The notes under the pieces were generated by a model. The model saw only the letters and a program-made list of their open reading frames with translations, was not told where the DNA came from and ran no database searches. A DNA stretch of 64,000 nt from Carpediemonas membranifera BICM (taxonomy: Eukaryota > Protista > Fornicata), in contig JAHDYR010000025.1 in the NCBI GenBank assembly GCA_019828565.1, positions 620,001-684,000 of the forward strand. The letters run 5' to 3'. Below, piece by piece: positions 11,801-21,663 of the stretch; position 1 is the first letter of the stretch; each line of letters opens with the position of its first letter. The translations under genes were made by a program, and so were the position numbers.

Positions 11801-14800
11801 GATCTCGACCCAGGACCCCTGCCAGCGGGCAAACAGGGATGCGGCGCTTCCATCCTCGCTTCCCGTGAGGACGAGGTTGTCATGCACGGCAACGGACGTA
11901 CCGAAGTGGACCGAGCCTGCCACACTGCCTGCTGGTACGTGGTACGTGGGAGCGATCGCCAGTGATGTGCAGCCGGCCTTGTCTGACGTGGGCTCGAAGC
12001 CTGGGGCGCACACCGAACAACGCCGGGCACCGTCCTCGCTGTAGGTCCCGTCGGGGCACTCTGCGCATGTGACCATACTGTCAGCGTAGGTTCCGGCAAC
12101 GCAGTCGGCGGTGAAGCCTGTGACCTTGCCGTCTGTGGTGTCGAGAAAGCCCGCAACGGCGAAGTTGTGGGAGACAACACCGCTCATCCCGGCACCATCG
12201 GTAGTGAGCGTAGCGATGTTCGTCTGGCCGTAGCGACGAGTTACAGGGTTAAACTGCATCATGGTCAAGCCGCTGACTGTAGCGTCCGTGTAACCAGTCA
12301 TCAGCAGGCCCGCCGAGGCCGAGAGTGTCGTCCCGAAGTGCACCGAGGGATCCTCGCCGTAATTACGGACCCACGTGAGCTGGGTCCACTCGCTGGTGTC
12401 TGTGTCGAGTTCAAAGGCGACCACGGCGCCCTGTGCGGTGCCAAACATGTCGGCGTCGGGGTCAGAGAACAGGAGGAGGTCGTAGACGTCGTCGTAGGCC
12501 ATGGATGACCCGAAGCTGACAGTCGCCGTGGGCAAGGTGGCTGTGATGACCTGGATGACGGCGCTCCAGTCGGACTCGTGGACGGCATAGACAGTGTTGG
12601 CGCTGGGGGCGCCGATGAAGAGCGTGCCGTCGTGCTCGAGCAGGCTGGACCCGAGGGCGTCCGCGCCCCGGCCAGGCTTGTCGGCCAGCGTAATAAATGT
12701 CACGCCAGTGAACGAGCCAAGAGCATGATGCCGGATCTGAACCTTTCCAGCACCGGCAACGGCAGAACCCCCGATTGTTACATCCGCTGCCGGCTGACCA
12801 ACGGCGAGGTAGTCGCCCCACGCGGCAATGGCCTGGCCGAATGATGAATCGCCGCCGAATACCGTCGTGAACGCCTCGACCGACGGCCCGAGCCTGCGGT
12901 AGACAAAGACCGCGCCATCAGCACCGACGTACAGCCAGCTGTCTGCCAGTGCGAGGGACCGCCCGAACATGTCGTCGGTCTGGCCTGACCCGAGCTTGGC
13001 ATACTCGGAGAGCGTGGAAGCCGAGTCCGCAAAGAGGTTGAGGACGGCGACACCGTTCGCGTAGGCGGAGTTGTCGACAAACTGAGTGGCGATCACGATG
13101 GTGTCTGCCTCTACCGCAACGACAGAGCCGTACCGCCCGTCGGGGCTCGCAGTGAACGGCGAGGAGTAATCTACGCGGGACACCAGCTGCTTACAGCCCG
13201 TGTCGTCGCTGAGGGGCAGGTTCGGGGCACACGCGTTGCAGCCGGTGCGCCAGCTGGCCATGTGGTCGGACAGCTCGGTGCAGGGCTGGTATACCACCGA
13301 GACACCTCCCATAGTGCTGTCGAGGGCGGGGGCACCGAGAGCAATGAACTGCGGCGTGAGGGCGACCGATGATCCGAGGCGGTCGTCGTCTGAGGCGGGC
13401 TGGGCGATGATCTGGTCGAACTCCCAGTCGCCAGTGCCGGTGAGGACGAAGAGATGGGCCCGGCCGGCGATGTGGGCGCCGTCGTAGTACTCAGGGGCAC
13501 CGGCGATGATGGTATCGTCAGCAATGGCAACAGAAAAGCCGAACGCCTCTGCTGCGGGGACGTGGGCCTCGAGAGTGGTCGAGATCGCCCAGACGTCGCC
13601 GTCCAGGGCCAGGACAGTGACAGTGCCGGCCCCGGGGATGCCGTTAACAGTGGCAGCGGGGGTTCCGACGACGATGGTCGTCTCTGTCGCGGCAAGGGAT
13701 GTGCCAAAGCTGGTACCGCCCTCGATGAGCTGGGTCTCGGTGACGTCGCCCGTGAGGCCGCTGTTGTATGCGAGGATGGCGACGATGCTGTTCGTAGCGG
13801 GATCAGAGGCCGCAATGAAGGACGAGTCTGGCGCCACAGCCACTGCGGAGCCGAATGCGTCACCGTGGGTTGACATGGTCGTCCTGAACTTAAACTGCTC
13901 GGCCCAGAAGGACCCGGTAAAGGAGTACACGACTACCACGCCGCTGTCAGAGTCGGGGGCGCCTACAGCAAGCACGGATTCTGAGAGAGCGACCGCGGTG
14001 CCGAAAGATGTTGCCGTTTCGCCCAACACCAGTGTGTCCACAAGGTCGAAGGAGTGGTCCGAGCGGGAGTAGACGTATACGGTGCCGAGCGCTGGGGACC
14101 CGAGGGCAAGCCAATGCTCGGTCACATCAAATGATGCGGGGAACATGGACGGGGCAAGCGTACCCGGGTCGGCGGCATGGAACAAGTCGACCGCCCACAC
14201 ACTGCCGGAGAACGATATCTGGTACACCGCGGGCAGGGTGTCGGCCTCCGAGCTGAGGGCGAATATGTGGGTGCCGAATGCCTTGACAGTGGAGCCAAAC
14301 TTGTCTGCAGCGGCTCCCCCGACGACTGTGGCGATGGAGTAGTCGGGGATGCAGGCCGTCTGGCCATCGTTGGCAGTGGAGCCGACCGGACACGCGGTAC
14401 ACGCCTCCCAGCCGGCCTCGGAGTAGAACCCGGCAGAGCATGTCTCGCACGAGTGCCAGGAGACCGGCTGCTGTCCGGCCTGGCAGGAGATGGACGCGAC
14501 AAACACGGCATCGGCCATACCGGTCGCAACCTCGGGTGCAGAGGAGAAAGCCATGAGCGATCGTCCCACACCGACCTGCTGGCCGATGTACATGCCGCCA
14601 ACAGGGCTGGGGGTGGTGACGGAGGAGGACTCGACCCACCATCCGTCCTCGATGCGGAAGGAGACGACGACACCGGTGTTCGGGAGGGTTGTCGTGGTGG
14701 AGGGCGACCCGGCGACGACAGCGGTGCTGTCCATCGCGAGGGAGGCGGGGATATTGTAGCCGTCGATAGCACCCTCCTGATAGACGGTGTTCTCGAGGTG

Positions 14801-17800
14801 GAACTCGCCATTCTCGAGGAGGAAGACCTGGACCGCACCGGTCACCTGGCCATCGACCGTGGCCCCAGGACAACCCACTGACAGACGGACCGCGGATGCA
14901 GTCTCAACAGCAGCAAGAGTGTCGCCGAAGCGTGTTTCCGTGCTGACGACGGTGGCTACAAGCGCCAGATCCATGGTGTAGACGTAGACCATGCGGATGC
15001 TCGGGGCGCTGATGAAGATGTAGGTCTCGGTGACGGCCATGGCGGCGCCGTACTCGTCAGTGTCGCCCCCTTCAAACAGCAGCGTCGGCTCGTCGGCCCA
15101 CGTGGTTCCGTCGTGAGAGAAGGCGTAGACTCCACCGGATGTGGTGGCTGCAGCGGCGAGGAGGAGGGTGTCTGTGATTGCAACCTGGGTACCCAGGTGG
15201 TCTGCGGTGTCAAAAGTCAGCGTTCTATGGGACTCGAACGCATACCCTTCTCTGCGATACACTACCGCAGCCCCCTGCCCTGCATAGTCGTCGGGCGAGC
15301 CGACAACGAGCCAGGAATCGCTGAGGGCGACGGACAAGCCGAAGCCGGTGACATCAGATGTCTCGAGGAGCAGTTCCTCGAAGTATGAGGCCGTCAGAAG
15401 CCCCTTGCGGCGGTACATGGCGACTGTGGCGCCATTCGACCCGATTGCGATGATGTCATCGAGCACGGCCAGCGCTGAGCCAAAGCCAGCTATGTCTCCA
15501 GCGCTGGGTGTGATCTGGAACACCAGGTACTGGCTGACGCAGGCGCTGGCGTCGTCATTCGGCCAGTATCCCGTGGGACAGGTGTAGCAGGCAAGGCTAT
15601 GCGCGGGTGCGTATGTCCCGAACGGGCAGTGCAGGCACGAGAACCAGCTGTCAGAGTAGTACCCGGCCGGGCACTCCGCGTTCCACTCCGCGTGCCATGT
15701 GTCTATCCCGGCGGTATAGTGTGATGCGGCGATGATGGTCAGGTCAGACACGGCGATCAGCCCGCCCAGCGGTATCACGGCGTCGGGGTCGGTGTAAACT
15801 GCGGTCTGCTGCCAGTGATCATCTGTATCCTTGTCGAACATGAGAACACAGCCAGTGGAAGAGCCGACGACACACGATGTCCAGCCCACGGCAACGTGGC
15901 CGTCGTGGATGGCGATGCTGGACGGGAAGGCGCCGTTCTCGACAGGGTCGTTGGGGGTTACCGTCGCCCTGAGCACCCAGTCGGAACCGTCGAAGCCGTA
16001 TTCGTAAATGACGCCGCTCCCCTCATCGGGGGCACCGACCAGCATGGTGATGCCCTCAACGGCCACCGTGTTCCCGAAGGCGTTGTTCCCGAAGACTGTC
16101 CCGAAGAACTGCCAGCCCGACGTGTAGCGGAGGATGTCGACGGACTCCTCGTCGACCAGGCCAATGATCGCCCAATCGCCGCTGATGTCAATACACTCAG
16201 AGGTGTGAGTGGTCGCGCCCGTGTAGGCCTCCTCCCAAACTTCGCTGTGGGTGTAGACGGCGTATGCCGTACCAGAGCCGGAGACAGATGCTACCAGGAG
16301 GTTATCGCCGTCCACAGCGACGAGCACGGTGTGGAGTCCCGTGGCGACAACCTCTGGGCCATCCCACCTGATGCCGCTACGACTGTAGACGACCGCGTCA
16401 GCTGAACCGGAGGCAGAGAGCCCACCGACGGCGATCCAGTCATCAGAGAGAGCTAGGCTGTACCCAAAGCCCTTGGTTGCCCCAACATCGCCTGGTACCT
16501 CCGTGAAGCTTGCACTAACCCACGATCCTTCACCGTGTATAAAGAAATAGATGGCTCCGTCGCCGCTGTGCGAATGCGGTGTGCCCAGCACCGCGAGCAG
16601 GCCGTCAGTGGCAACACTACGGAGAGACATGCCGTCTGCTCCAATGAGTTGGTTCCTATTGGAGATATACGTCTTGTTCATGCAGGAGAGGCCGTCGCCC
16701 ACAGTGTATGGGGGACAATCGGCGCAGGAGTACCATGTGTCTGCGTGTTGGCCCGCCGCACATCCCGGGTAGATGCAGGAGAGGGCGGTCGACTGGGCAT
16801 CCGTGGTGAAAATGACGCCGTCATTCACAACAACAGGAGCCCGGCCAAAGCCGAGGCCCTCAGCAATCGAGTCGGCGTTGGGGAGGATATACCCGACGTC
16901 GGCCATGTCGTAGCTCGAAGACACGGGTACCCGACCCGAAAAAGTCATGGCGCCCGTCTCCCGGCCATAGAGGTGGTAAGCATCGGCCGACGTGACCATG
17001 TTATCGCCAAAGGAGCCGAGCGCGGAGACGTAGCCGTCGTCTGCGGTGAAGTCGGTGGTGACGAGCCGGGGGGAGTCGGGACTGTTGTCGTTGAGTCTGA
17101 TCTGGTAGGCGCTGGCACCCTCTGAAACGTAGACCAGCGTACTCGAGGCAATTGTGACGTCTGAGCCAAACCCGACACCGCCTACGCTCGTTCCCGCTGG
17201 AGCAGACCACGTGGGAACGTTGTAGTAGTATATGGTGTTGGTGCCGAGCTCGCTGACCGCGGCAGTCACGCTCCCGTCAAACTCTCGGGCGGTTACGAGG
17301 CCACCGAAGAACCCTCCCGAGACGGGCGACGGCGCCTCAATGCTTGGCGTCGCTTCAGCCGCCCATGCGGTCGAGTGGTGGTAAATGAACACCATGCCCG
17401 AGCTCGGACCGTTAGCGGAGGATCCTGGTGCGCCGACGAGGAGATAGCTGCCTGCCACCTGGATGGTCGACCCGAACTCTGCATAGGACTCCGAGCCCGA
17501 GAACGCTGTGTTGTACGTCATCGCTGCGTTGATCCGGGAAAAGATGAATACGGCGCCCATATTATCGTCAGTGTAGGCCGACACGGCCAACCAATCGTCA
17601 CTCAGAGTGAGGGCCCTGCCCAGGCAGAAGGAGGGGGGGATGAGGCCGGCATCGAGCGTGACTGTGTCGGCGAGGGTCCAGGTTGCGCCAGAAAAGGCGT
17701 AAATGTCGACACGGCCCGTGTTGTCGGTCTGGCAGGTAGGTAGAGAAGCGTACTGCGGCGACACAGCGAGAACAGCGCCACTAGATGCGAGGGCCATGAC

Positions 17801-20800
17801 GTCGACACCAAGGTCGACCTTGCTGATCGTAAAATCTGGAACACAGGCCGTGTGGCCAGTGTTCGAGGCATAGTGCGGCGGGCACTTGGTGCACAGCGTC
17901 TGGAGGCCGGGGGAGTAGTACCCGTCGGGGCATGGCCTGCACAGTCCAGGGGCAAGGAACTCGTGGCCCGCCGCACACTCGGACACTGGGGGGAGCAGCA
18001 GACCGAGGTCCGACGTGCTCAGCTCGACGATGATGGGCAGGCCGTCCAGGAACTGAAGCTTCTCAGCGCCAAAGCTGTTGGTAGAAAGGGAACCGTGGCT
18101 GTGCTTGTCGAGGAAGTGCGTGGTGACCGAGAGCCTGGATGACATGGGTATCCGATAGTACAGCTCCCCAGCATAGTACGTCAGCAGAATCTGGGTCGAC
18201 GCGAAAAGCATAAAGTTCACAGGCACGAGGACCGCCTCGCCGGGGGCCGATCCCTTCCTGTAAGCGGTGGCAGTGATGGCGGACGTTCCACTGGTGATCA
18301 GAACCGTGTCTGTGATGGGATCTGGGACAATGGTGTGGCCAAAAGACACGTCTGATCCCTGAAGCGCGGTCGACTGCGCTGGGGTCGACCCGTAGTCGGC
18401 GATGACGAAGACAAAGGACGTTGTGACAGCCGTGTTGGTTCCGTAGACGTAGAGGTAGTCGTGGTCAATGGCCAGGTATCTGCCGGTGTCGGCAACAACC
18501 ATGCTCGTCATGACGTTGTGATCGTCGCCGCTGATGGTGACCTTCGTCCAGTCGGCGGTGTTGTAGACGTCGATGAAGTTGCAGGCCGACCCAGGGGCGC
18601 TCACGGCCACGTAGTCGCCGTATGTCTCGATAGCAGTGCCATACTCGCAGTTCGCTGCATATTCGAAAAAGGAGCGGACGTATACGACGTCGTTATGTAC
18701 CAGCTCGTAAATGGAGATGCCGTGGGCTCCAGCAGTGGCCGTGGCTGACCCAACTATGACGTGACCAGCGTCTGTAATAGCCAAGTCGGACCCAAAGTAG
18801 GCCGAGGGCGTCACAGACCCAGGTCTCGTGACAGTGGCGAGGCGGGTGAAGCCGTTGTTGTCGACATCGAAGACACCAAACACAGAGCTGTCTGACGGTG
18901 AAATGGCGACAACGTGGTTCTTGGCAGCGAATACGGTCGCTTTCATCCCAGCCTTGTAGTAAAACTCGGGCAGAGTCGAATGGTCTCTCACTATAGCTGC
19001 ACGGTTGCCGTTCTCGATGACTGCACCAAACGGCATGACGTCGCACTCGACCTTGTAGTCTGCCGCAAACGTGTTGAGCGGGCAGATGGCGCAATCGTGG
19101 AAGCGGGGGCTGTACATGCCGTATAGGGTGGACCCCGTGTCCGTGCCGCACGTCGTGTGGTACACGTTGTTGGACCCAGCCATGTCGACAAGATGGAGGG
19201 AGTTGGATGCGATGGCGAGGTGCTCGACGTTGCTGGCGGTGCTTGTGGTGAATCTTGGGGCGACCTCGCTGATACCAGCATTCGAGATCTTGTAGACAGT
19301 TGCAGTGTCGTCGTCGCTGTCAACGTGGGCGACCGCGCACATACCATTCATAGTGTCGCATGCGATGGGCATCTCAGACGAACTCGTGGCTAGTTGTGTG
19401 ACGGAGTATGACCCCGGTGTGGAGAGACTGGTAGCAAGAAGAACCATGCTGGTAGGACCAATGCAATTGAACAGCAGCACGTCGTCTGTCCCTCCAACGT
19501 GGGAACCACACCCTGTGTAAGTCCCGCCCGGTGCAACGTCGTTCTTCGTCCATGGTATAGAGAGGTCGACGTCGAAAACGTAAACCTGGTGCTCTCCGGG
19601 ACTGCCGACAAATAGATGCGACTCAGTGAACTGGAGGCCCGCGCCGTAATCTGAACCGCCCGTCGGAACATCGTCGGCTACGAGGGTATGGATGAGGGTT
19701 GATCCGTGGAATACGAATACGAAGTTCGAGCTGCCGTCATTCCCCGTTGCGGCGACCAGGAGCTCTGTGGGGTGGATGTCCATGCCCCTATGGCCCAAGT
19801 ACGTGAGCCCCGCGGGCTGGCGGAGGGTCATGTAGACCGACGTTGGGTCGATGAGCGCGTCGATGATTACAATGCTGAGGTCGCCGTCGGGTGGGGCGTA
19901 GTAGCTGCTAACAGCGACGTACTGTCCATTCGTCGCAATCCTGGCGCCGAAGTATTGGTCAACGGAGCTTTCAGCCCCCCTCATCGACGGGGCGGTGCTG
20001 GAGTCGATAATCGAGACGGGATCACGGTTGATGACATCGTCTAGGGTGGTAATGTACACAGCACCAGAGTTGCCGTCGTACGAAGGCATGCTCCGGGCAT
20101 ACGTGTTCCCGGCCACGGCCACCTGTGAATACCCGGGGCCGTCGGCGACGAAGCTCTCCTCCAGCAGGTTAGGGTTGGCAACAGGATCGATGCAGGTTGA
20201 CGCATGCATCCGTTTAACCCTGCCAGCACACGCTGAGCACGTGCTCGAGGCTGTCCAGGCGGTTGGAATGGTCTCATCGGGCCCGGGGCAGAGCGGGAGG
20301 ACGATCAGCTCGCCCATGCTGCCTGTGCTGAAAGCGACGTAGTCCTCTGTGATGGCGAGGGTCTCGCCGATGCCAGGATGGGGATCTTCGGTCTCCGCAA
20401 CCATGTACTCGATCACCGCGGTCGTGTACGAAAGCATATCACCGCCCGCAGCGATGGCGACGATGACTGCACTTCCGCCGCTCTTCAAGAGCGACGTGCT
20501 GGCCACAAGAGAGCAGGAGGGCGTCCAGGCGCTGGCATGTCGGGAAAGGCCCGTCAGGGCGAACGTTGTGACGTCCGAGCTCATGTCGACAGACAGGATG
20601 TACCCGACGTCCGTGCCGGTAACTAACAGGAGATGGGGGCACGAGTCCATGCTGATGAACTGATCGCTAGCCATGACGAACGTGTCTAGGTAGCGGCCGT
20701 CGCGGTCAAAAGCGTCAACATAGCCGTCGGTGGCCCCGTTCGAGCCAATGAACACTCTTGTGTCGGTTATGGCGACGTCTATCACCGTCTCAGTCCGGGG

Positions 20801-21352
20801 GGGTGCTAGGAAGTGTAGGTCGAAGTCAAGACCTCGGGGACGGAGGATCGAGGCGGACGTGGGGTCTATATCGTACATATGGGCGGTGCTATCATCCTTA
20901 GAGGCGGCTATGAGGAGAGTTTGGTCCGGTGATGCTTTCATCACCAGGGGCAGCGTCAGGGCCGTGTGATCGAGGGACACTGTCGAGAGCATGCTGGGCG
21001 TGACGTCATGGTCGTATATCATGATGTAGCCCGTTGCGGAGACGAAGAGGTAGTCGTCAGTCGCGACAAGAGCGGTGCCGAAGTCTCTCATGGAGAGATC
21101 GAATGGGGATAGGATTGCTGTAGAGGAAAGGTGCGGGGCATCCCCGTATTCCACAAAACCCGTCGGATAATTCACATTTCCAGCGGTAGCGCCGACAAAC
21201 ACGGTCTCTCCAATGATACAGAGAGAGGTACCAAACAATGTGGCTGGATCTCGAGAAATAATCGCGCCAGTCTCAATATGCGGGGTGCTACTAGCAACAG
21301 TAGCACAGAGAAGTGTAAGGAGTATCGGAATGATACGCAGCATGCGCTCCAT
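5888..21352 (-). CDS. Giant type I membrane protein with about 12 tandem FG-GAP beta-propeller + Cys-rich (GCC2/GCC3, ephrin-receptor-like) units, a TM segment and a Pro-rich tail
   Basis: 5154-aa ORF with a signal peptide (MLRIIPILLTLLCATVAS), many FG.xV/A...GAP/GSP motifs, 12 CxxG...CxxC linkers, a hydrophobic segment (AIIPGIGAVLLILLCC...) and a PxxP-rich C-terminus. Confidence 0.9.
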   Translation of the reverse strand: MERMLRIIPILLTLLCATVASSTPHIETGAIISRDPATLFGTSLCIIGETVFVGATAGNVNYPTGFVEYGDAPHLSSTAILSPFDLSMRDFGTALVATDDYLFVSATGYIMIYDHDVTPSMLSTVSLDHTALTLPLVMKASPDQTLLIAASKDDSTAHMYDIDPTSASILRPRGLDFDLHFLAPPRTETVIDVAITDTRVFIGSNGATDGYVDAFDRDGRYLDTFVMASDQFISMDSCPHLLLVTGTDVGYILSVDMSSDVTTFALTGLSRHASAWTPSCSLVASTSLLKSGGSAVIVAIAAGGDMLSYTTAVIEYMVAETEDPHPGIGETLAITEDYVAFSTGSMGELIVLPLCPGPDETIPTAWTASSTCSACAGRVKRMHASTCIDPVANPNLLEESFVADGPGYSQVAVAGNTYARSMPSYDGNSGAVYITTLDDVINRDPVSIIDSSTAPSMRGAESSVDQYFGARIATNGQYVAVSSYYAPPDGDLSIVIIDALIDPTSVYMTLRQPAGLTYLGHRGMDIHPTELLVAATGNDGSSNFVFVFHGSTLIHTLVADDVPTGGSDYGAGLQFTESHLFVGSPGEHQVYVFDVDLSIPWTKNDVAPGGTYTGCGSHVGGTDDVLLFNCIGPTSMVLLATSLSTPGSYSVTQLATSSSEMPIACDTMNGMCAVAHVDSDDDTATVYKISNAGISEVAPRFTTSTASNVEHLAIASNSLHLVDMAGSNNVYHTTCGTDTGSTLYGMYSPRFHDCAICPLNTFAADYKVECDVMPFGAVIENGNRAAIVRDHSTLPEFYYKAGMKATVFAAKNHVVAISPSDSSVFGVFDVDNNGFTRLATVTRPGSVTPSAYFGSDLAITDAGHVIVGSATATAGAHGISIYELVHNDVVYVRSFFEYAANCEYGTAIETYGDYVAVSAPGSACNFIDVYNTADWTKVTISGDDHNVMTSMVVADTGRYLAIDHDYLYVYGTNTAVTTSFVFVIADYGSTPAQSTALQGSDVSFGHTIVPDPITDTVLITSGTSAITATAYRKGSAPGEAVLVPVNFMLFASTQILLTYYAGELYYRIPMSSRLSVTTHFLDKHSHGSLSTNSFGAEKLQFLDGLPIIVELSTSDLGLLLPPVSECAAGHEFLAPGLCRPCPDGYYSPGLQTLCTKCPPHYASNTGHTACVPDFTISKVDLGVDVMALASSGAVLAVSPQYASLPTCQTDNTGRVDIYAFSGATWTLADTVTLDAGLIPPSFCLGRALTLSDDWLAVSAYTDDNMGAVFIFSRINAAMTYNTAFSGSESYAEFGSTIQVAGSYLLVGAPGSSANGPSSGMVFIYHHSTAWAAEATPSIEAPSPVSGGFFGGLVTAREFDGSVTAAVSELGTNTIYYYNVPTWSAPAGTSVGGVGFGSDVTIASSTLVYVSEGASAYQIRLNDNSPDSPRLVTTDFTADDGYVSALGSFGDNMVTSADAYHLYGRETGAMTFSGRVPVSSSYDMADVGYILPNADSIAEGLGFGRAPVVVNDGVIFTTDAQSTALSCIYPGCAAGQHADTWYSCADCPPYTVGDGLSCMNKTYISNRNQLIGADGMSLRSVATDGLLAVLGTPHSHSGDGAIYFFIHGEGSWVSASFTEVPGDVGATKGFGYSLALSDDWIAVGGLSASGSADAVVYSRSGIRWDGPEVVATGLHTVLVAVDGDNLLVASVSGSGTAYAVYTHSEVWEEAYTGATTHTSECIDISGDWAIIGLVDEESVDILRYTSGWQFFGTVFGNNAFGNTVAVEGITMLVGAPDEGSGVIYEYGFDGSDWVLRATVTPNDPVENGAFPSSIAIHDGHVAVGWTSCVVGSSTGCVLMFDKDTDDHWQQTAVYTDPDAVIPLGGLIAVSDLTIIAASHYTAGIDTWHAEWNAECPAGYYSDSWFSCLHCPFGTYAPAHSLACYTCPTGYWPNDDASACVSQYLVFQITPSAGDIAGFGSALAVLDDIIAIGSNGATVAMYRRKGLLTASYFEELLLETSDVTGFGLSVALSDSWLVVGSPDDYAGQGAAVVYRREGYAFESHRTLTFDTADHLGTQVAITDTLLLAAAATTSGGVYAFSHDGTTWADEPTLLFEGGDTDEYGAAMAVTETYIFISAPSIRMVYVYTMDLALVATVVSTETRFGDTLAAVETASAVRLSVGCPGATVDGQVTGAVQVFLLENGEFHLENTVYQEGAIDGYNIPASLAMDSTAVVAGSPSTTTTLPNTGVVVSFRIEDGWWVESSSVTTPSPVGGMYIGQQVGVGRSLMAFSSAPEVATGMADAVFVASISCQAGQQPVSWHSCETCSAGFYSEAGWEACTACPVGSTANDGQTACIPDYSIATVVGGAAADKFGSTVKAFGTHIFALSSEADTLPAVYQISFSGSVWAVDLFHAADPGTLAPSMFPASFDVTEHWLALGSPALGTVYVYSRSDHSFDLVDTLVLGETATSFGTAVALSESVLAVGAPDSDSGVVVVYSFTGSFWAEQFKFRTTMSTHGDAFGSAVAVAPDSSFIAASDPATNSIVAILAYNSGLTGDVTETQLIEGGTSFGTSLAATETTIVVGTPAATVNGIPGAGTVTVLALDGDVWAISTTLEAHVPAAEAFGFSVAIADDTIIAGAPEYYDGAHIAGRAHLFVLTGTGDWEFDQIIAQPASDDDRLGSSVALTPQFIALGAPALDSTMGGVSVVYQPCTELSDHMASWRTGCNACAPNLPLSDDTGCKQLVSRVDYSSPFTASPDGRYGSVVAVEADTIVIATQFVDNSAYANGVAVLNLFADSASTLSEYAKLGSGQTDDMFGRSLALADSWLYVGADGAVFVYRRLGPSVEAFTTVFGGDSSFGQAIAAWGDYLAVGQPAADVTIGGSAVAGAGKVQIRHHALGSFTGVTFITLADKPGRGADALGSSLLEHDGTLFIGAPSANTVYAVHESDWSAVIQVITATLPTATVSFGSSMAYDDVYDLLLFSDPDADMFGTAQGAVVAFELDTDTSEWTQLTWVRNYGEDPSVHFGTTLSASAGLLMTGYTDATVSGLTMMQFNPVTRRYGQTNIATLTTDGAGMSGVVSHNFAVAGFLDTTDGKVTGFTADCVAGTYADSMVTCAECPDGTYSEDGARRCSVCAPGFEPTSDKAGCTSLAIAPTYHVPAGSVAGSVHFGTSVAVHDNLVLTGSEDGSAASLFARWQGSWVEIKQFWFAGSNPVRDVAMDDRWLVLALDGAGIYVYTNRLRSYLLETNLEPTESFSVVEVSGDRIVATYGDPASFGAVFSYAAGSWTKTAFTHTGSIAVNDEFFAVGQSGTIRVYSYPGDCDFSTETDCYINIAASDSESLALLDDGTLFATQPSSDEIEVFLRTSSASDPAWHLSQVVSCPAGDVASIAAAGNSTVVVGVPAASVMAPLFHDGLAWSFSGVTINGVASSECGHSVAATEKLLVCGAPALGTASLSSRVSVASQYCGAGQYTASWYECASCPADQVSHDLYCAPCRAGLVYWPDGTCSPFGLDVQVRTGAELGLSSSATLGNAVAVSTDANLFAASDMIGRSLALARFNPYSLLWEPAATFPDVLTLNGRATRIAIGEEYIVVGDPNYSGNTGRVCVIQRSGHIFQDPEFIAPPGSETYFGWQVDLSGTTLYATAIASSDTDRQLYTLDLTTSPDNYAEVAIDAYGHNFAVYGDMIVMTSQVGAVRIYPDFWSAPFTFVEPILKPSTEVTSIVINHEFILVGAPSDSGVGNSLSVGGVFMYSNDEAAAFPLLQVLVEEGLDAVAQAAGFGNSVYFLSDDVIGVGEPFAAITSWFIRQDGVWIDAFKSYPYSYDATAASGGACVIGSPGTDSVMLTFYKCPAGQYPDTVHTCAACEAGTVSQENSLVCHACPEGTSPNDAQTACIEDYSGERVDVDGYNHPQNPNHALAGDVNEGLAAFRYMADASGSAVRLFEYSTDWGMIGTLTDGVDYRFGQAIVVTDQQVVVRTLRGFIGAFIAYDRVTLEPTQLVTPPDDGHDASDQFARSMARLRNDLIAVPDRNLAYAGSLSLAGGVYLYALVDGTWELHQALFQPTPTPSAKFGRVIDAVGDTIAIASNDAVFVYRLSLETAGQYSLLSPADFTGTVRDVAVSTDEASVVIAYQDDSSTSTVYSELVLATGDLFVIHAAAGSSRSTLAMAKDVLFISDFYTSLVTMVHRLGPGFWAAAGILTIPDSVADEKMGVDLLMTDFGLVVLGGSDAVIFAPYNCDSDEVVTAWSACGAIPSGAIAYSNSYHTCPNGSYALEATVCLPCDSGTYQPNKSATACESAPAGSFVPADGYPHTAAIECPLATAQAGSGATYCSRSYEIQTITGSELFGASVALDGPELLVGSPSDGAIFVYSDDSAVWTPAGSISPLVAVPNNQFAATMVIRDDWLAVGAPDTCAVSGCSEVGRVYMFSRTAGVFTEHSVLEGANSGPGFEFGAAIALEGTLLAVLAPGSTEFTNTGTVVLFELSADTWVEHAHIDQTVFSLSASSLFIGSTHDPVNVFISLGAIALRCAYTPDLSDATCTIAPEFSGFSAAATDILTGVVATANSERPTGDFNQVTDAGTVRVYTTQFHTLDIGPVQGQQFGQAIAVSGTLVGATDVMGGVHLFELNDNGSYSLYADVYLTDTGYAPVDGFGAALAITPLNLAAGSSLDGVGTVHVVSMVCPAGQYATSWHTCADCAAGTYTAIAGQRQCLPAPLGTSSAGGQATPTPCDGGHYTIGTGASSCSTCAFGTTNDADGAAHTTCLAEVDDSESTVTVTSRTDISGVTIDGIAATVLGTNPITLVPVLPSPDGVIAPGNYTLEIQFDDSTTESTTLTIPADFETPDTTLTLSGTTMTAAMESAVCPSNLDFSGMGTRPLTGVDTSGPSTCLATTTVNAAMIRYHFSPTVTRLDNGTYCASIEGAAISSVGSFSIVVDGTAHPVRLVDGSICTFDDADDAAADLTTAYIYSETRSVSAMFDDEEIVSDSEIINTVDALYAIIPGIGAVLLILLCCMAGVCIVGSLGLFLTGEAISVFILQKRQTGDDEEHEPTSIVTPAPMKLKPTSPLPPLPMLPGATPLAKPMGPGLHVPAGAKPVLPSIKPPMSGTPIALSGAGHKLGLPALSTPGGLPKPPPSLGKSGLPVLPPMNGMPRPGAKLMLSPMNLPGIKPPGLNKDE

Positions 21353-21663
21353 CGGGCACTGGACAAACGTCGCGATGTTGCTTGCCGATTACATGGTATA
21401 CATACCCAGCATGTATCGACCCCGCGCACCCGGGTCTGCCCGAGCAGCTCGACTGGCCTTATGACTATGAGCGTTGCTGCCAATGACGCCAACGAAGCAG
21501 AGACAGATTTTCTCGGGTGCCTTTGTCGCAAGAAGAAAGCTCGATCATCATCATACGCGTGTGACGTCGCCTACTCATCTCAACCACTGGCCTACGCCGA
21601 CCCAACTCCAGGTCGGTGCCTGGCGAATATCTTGGTTTAATAGAACACACGAGCATTCGGACT

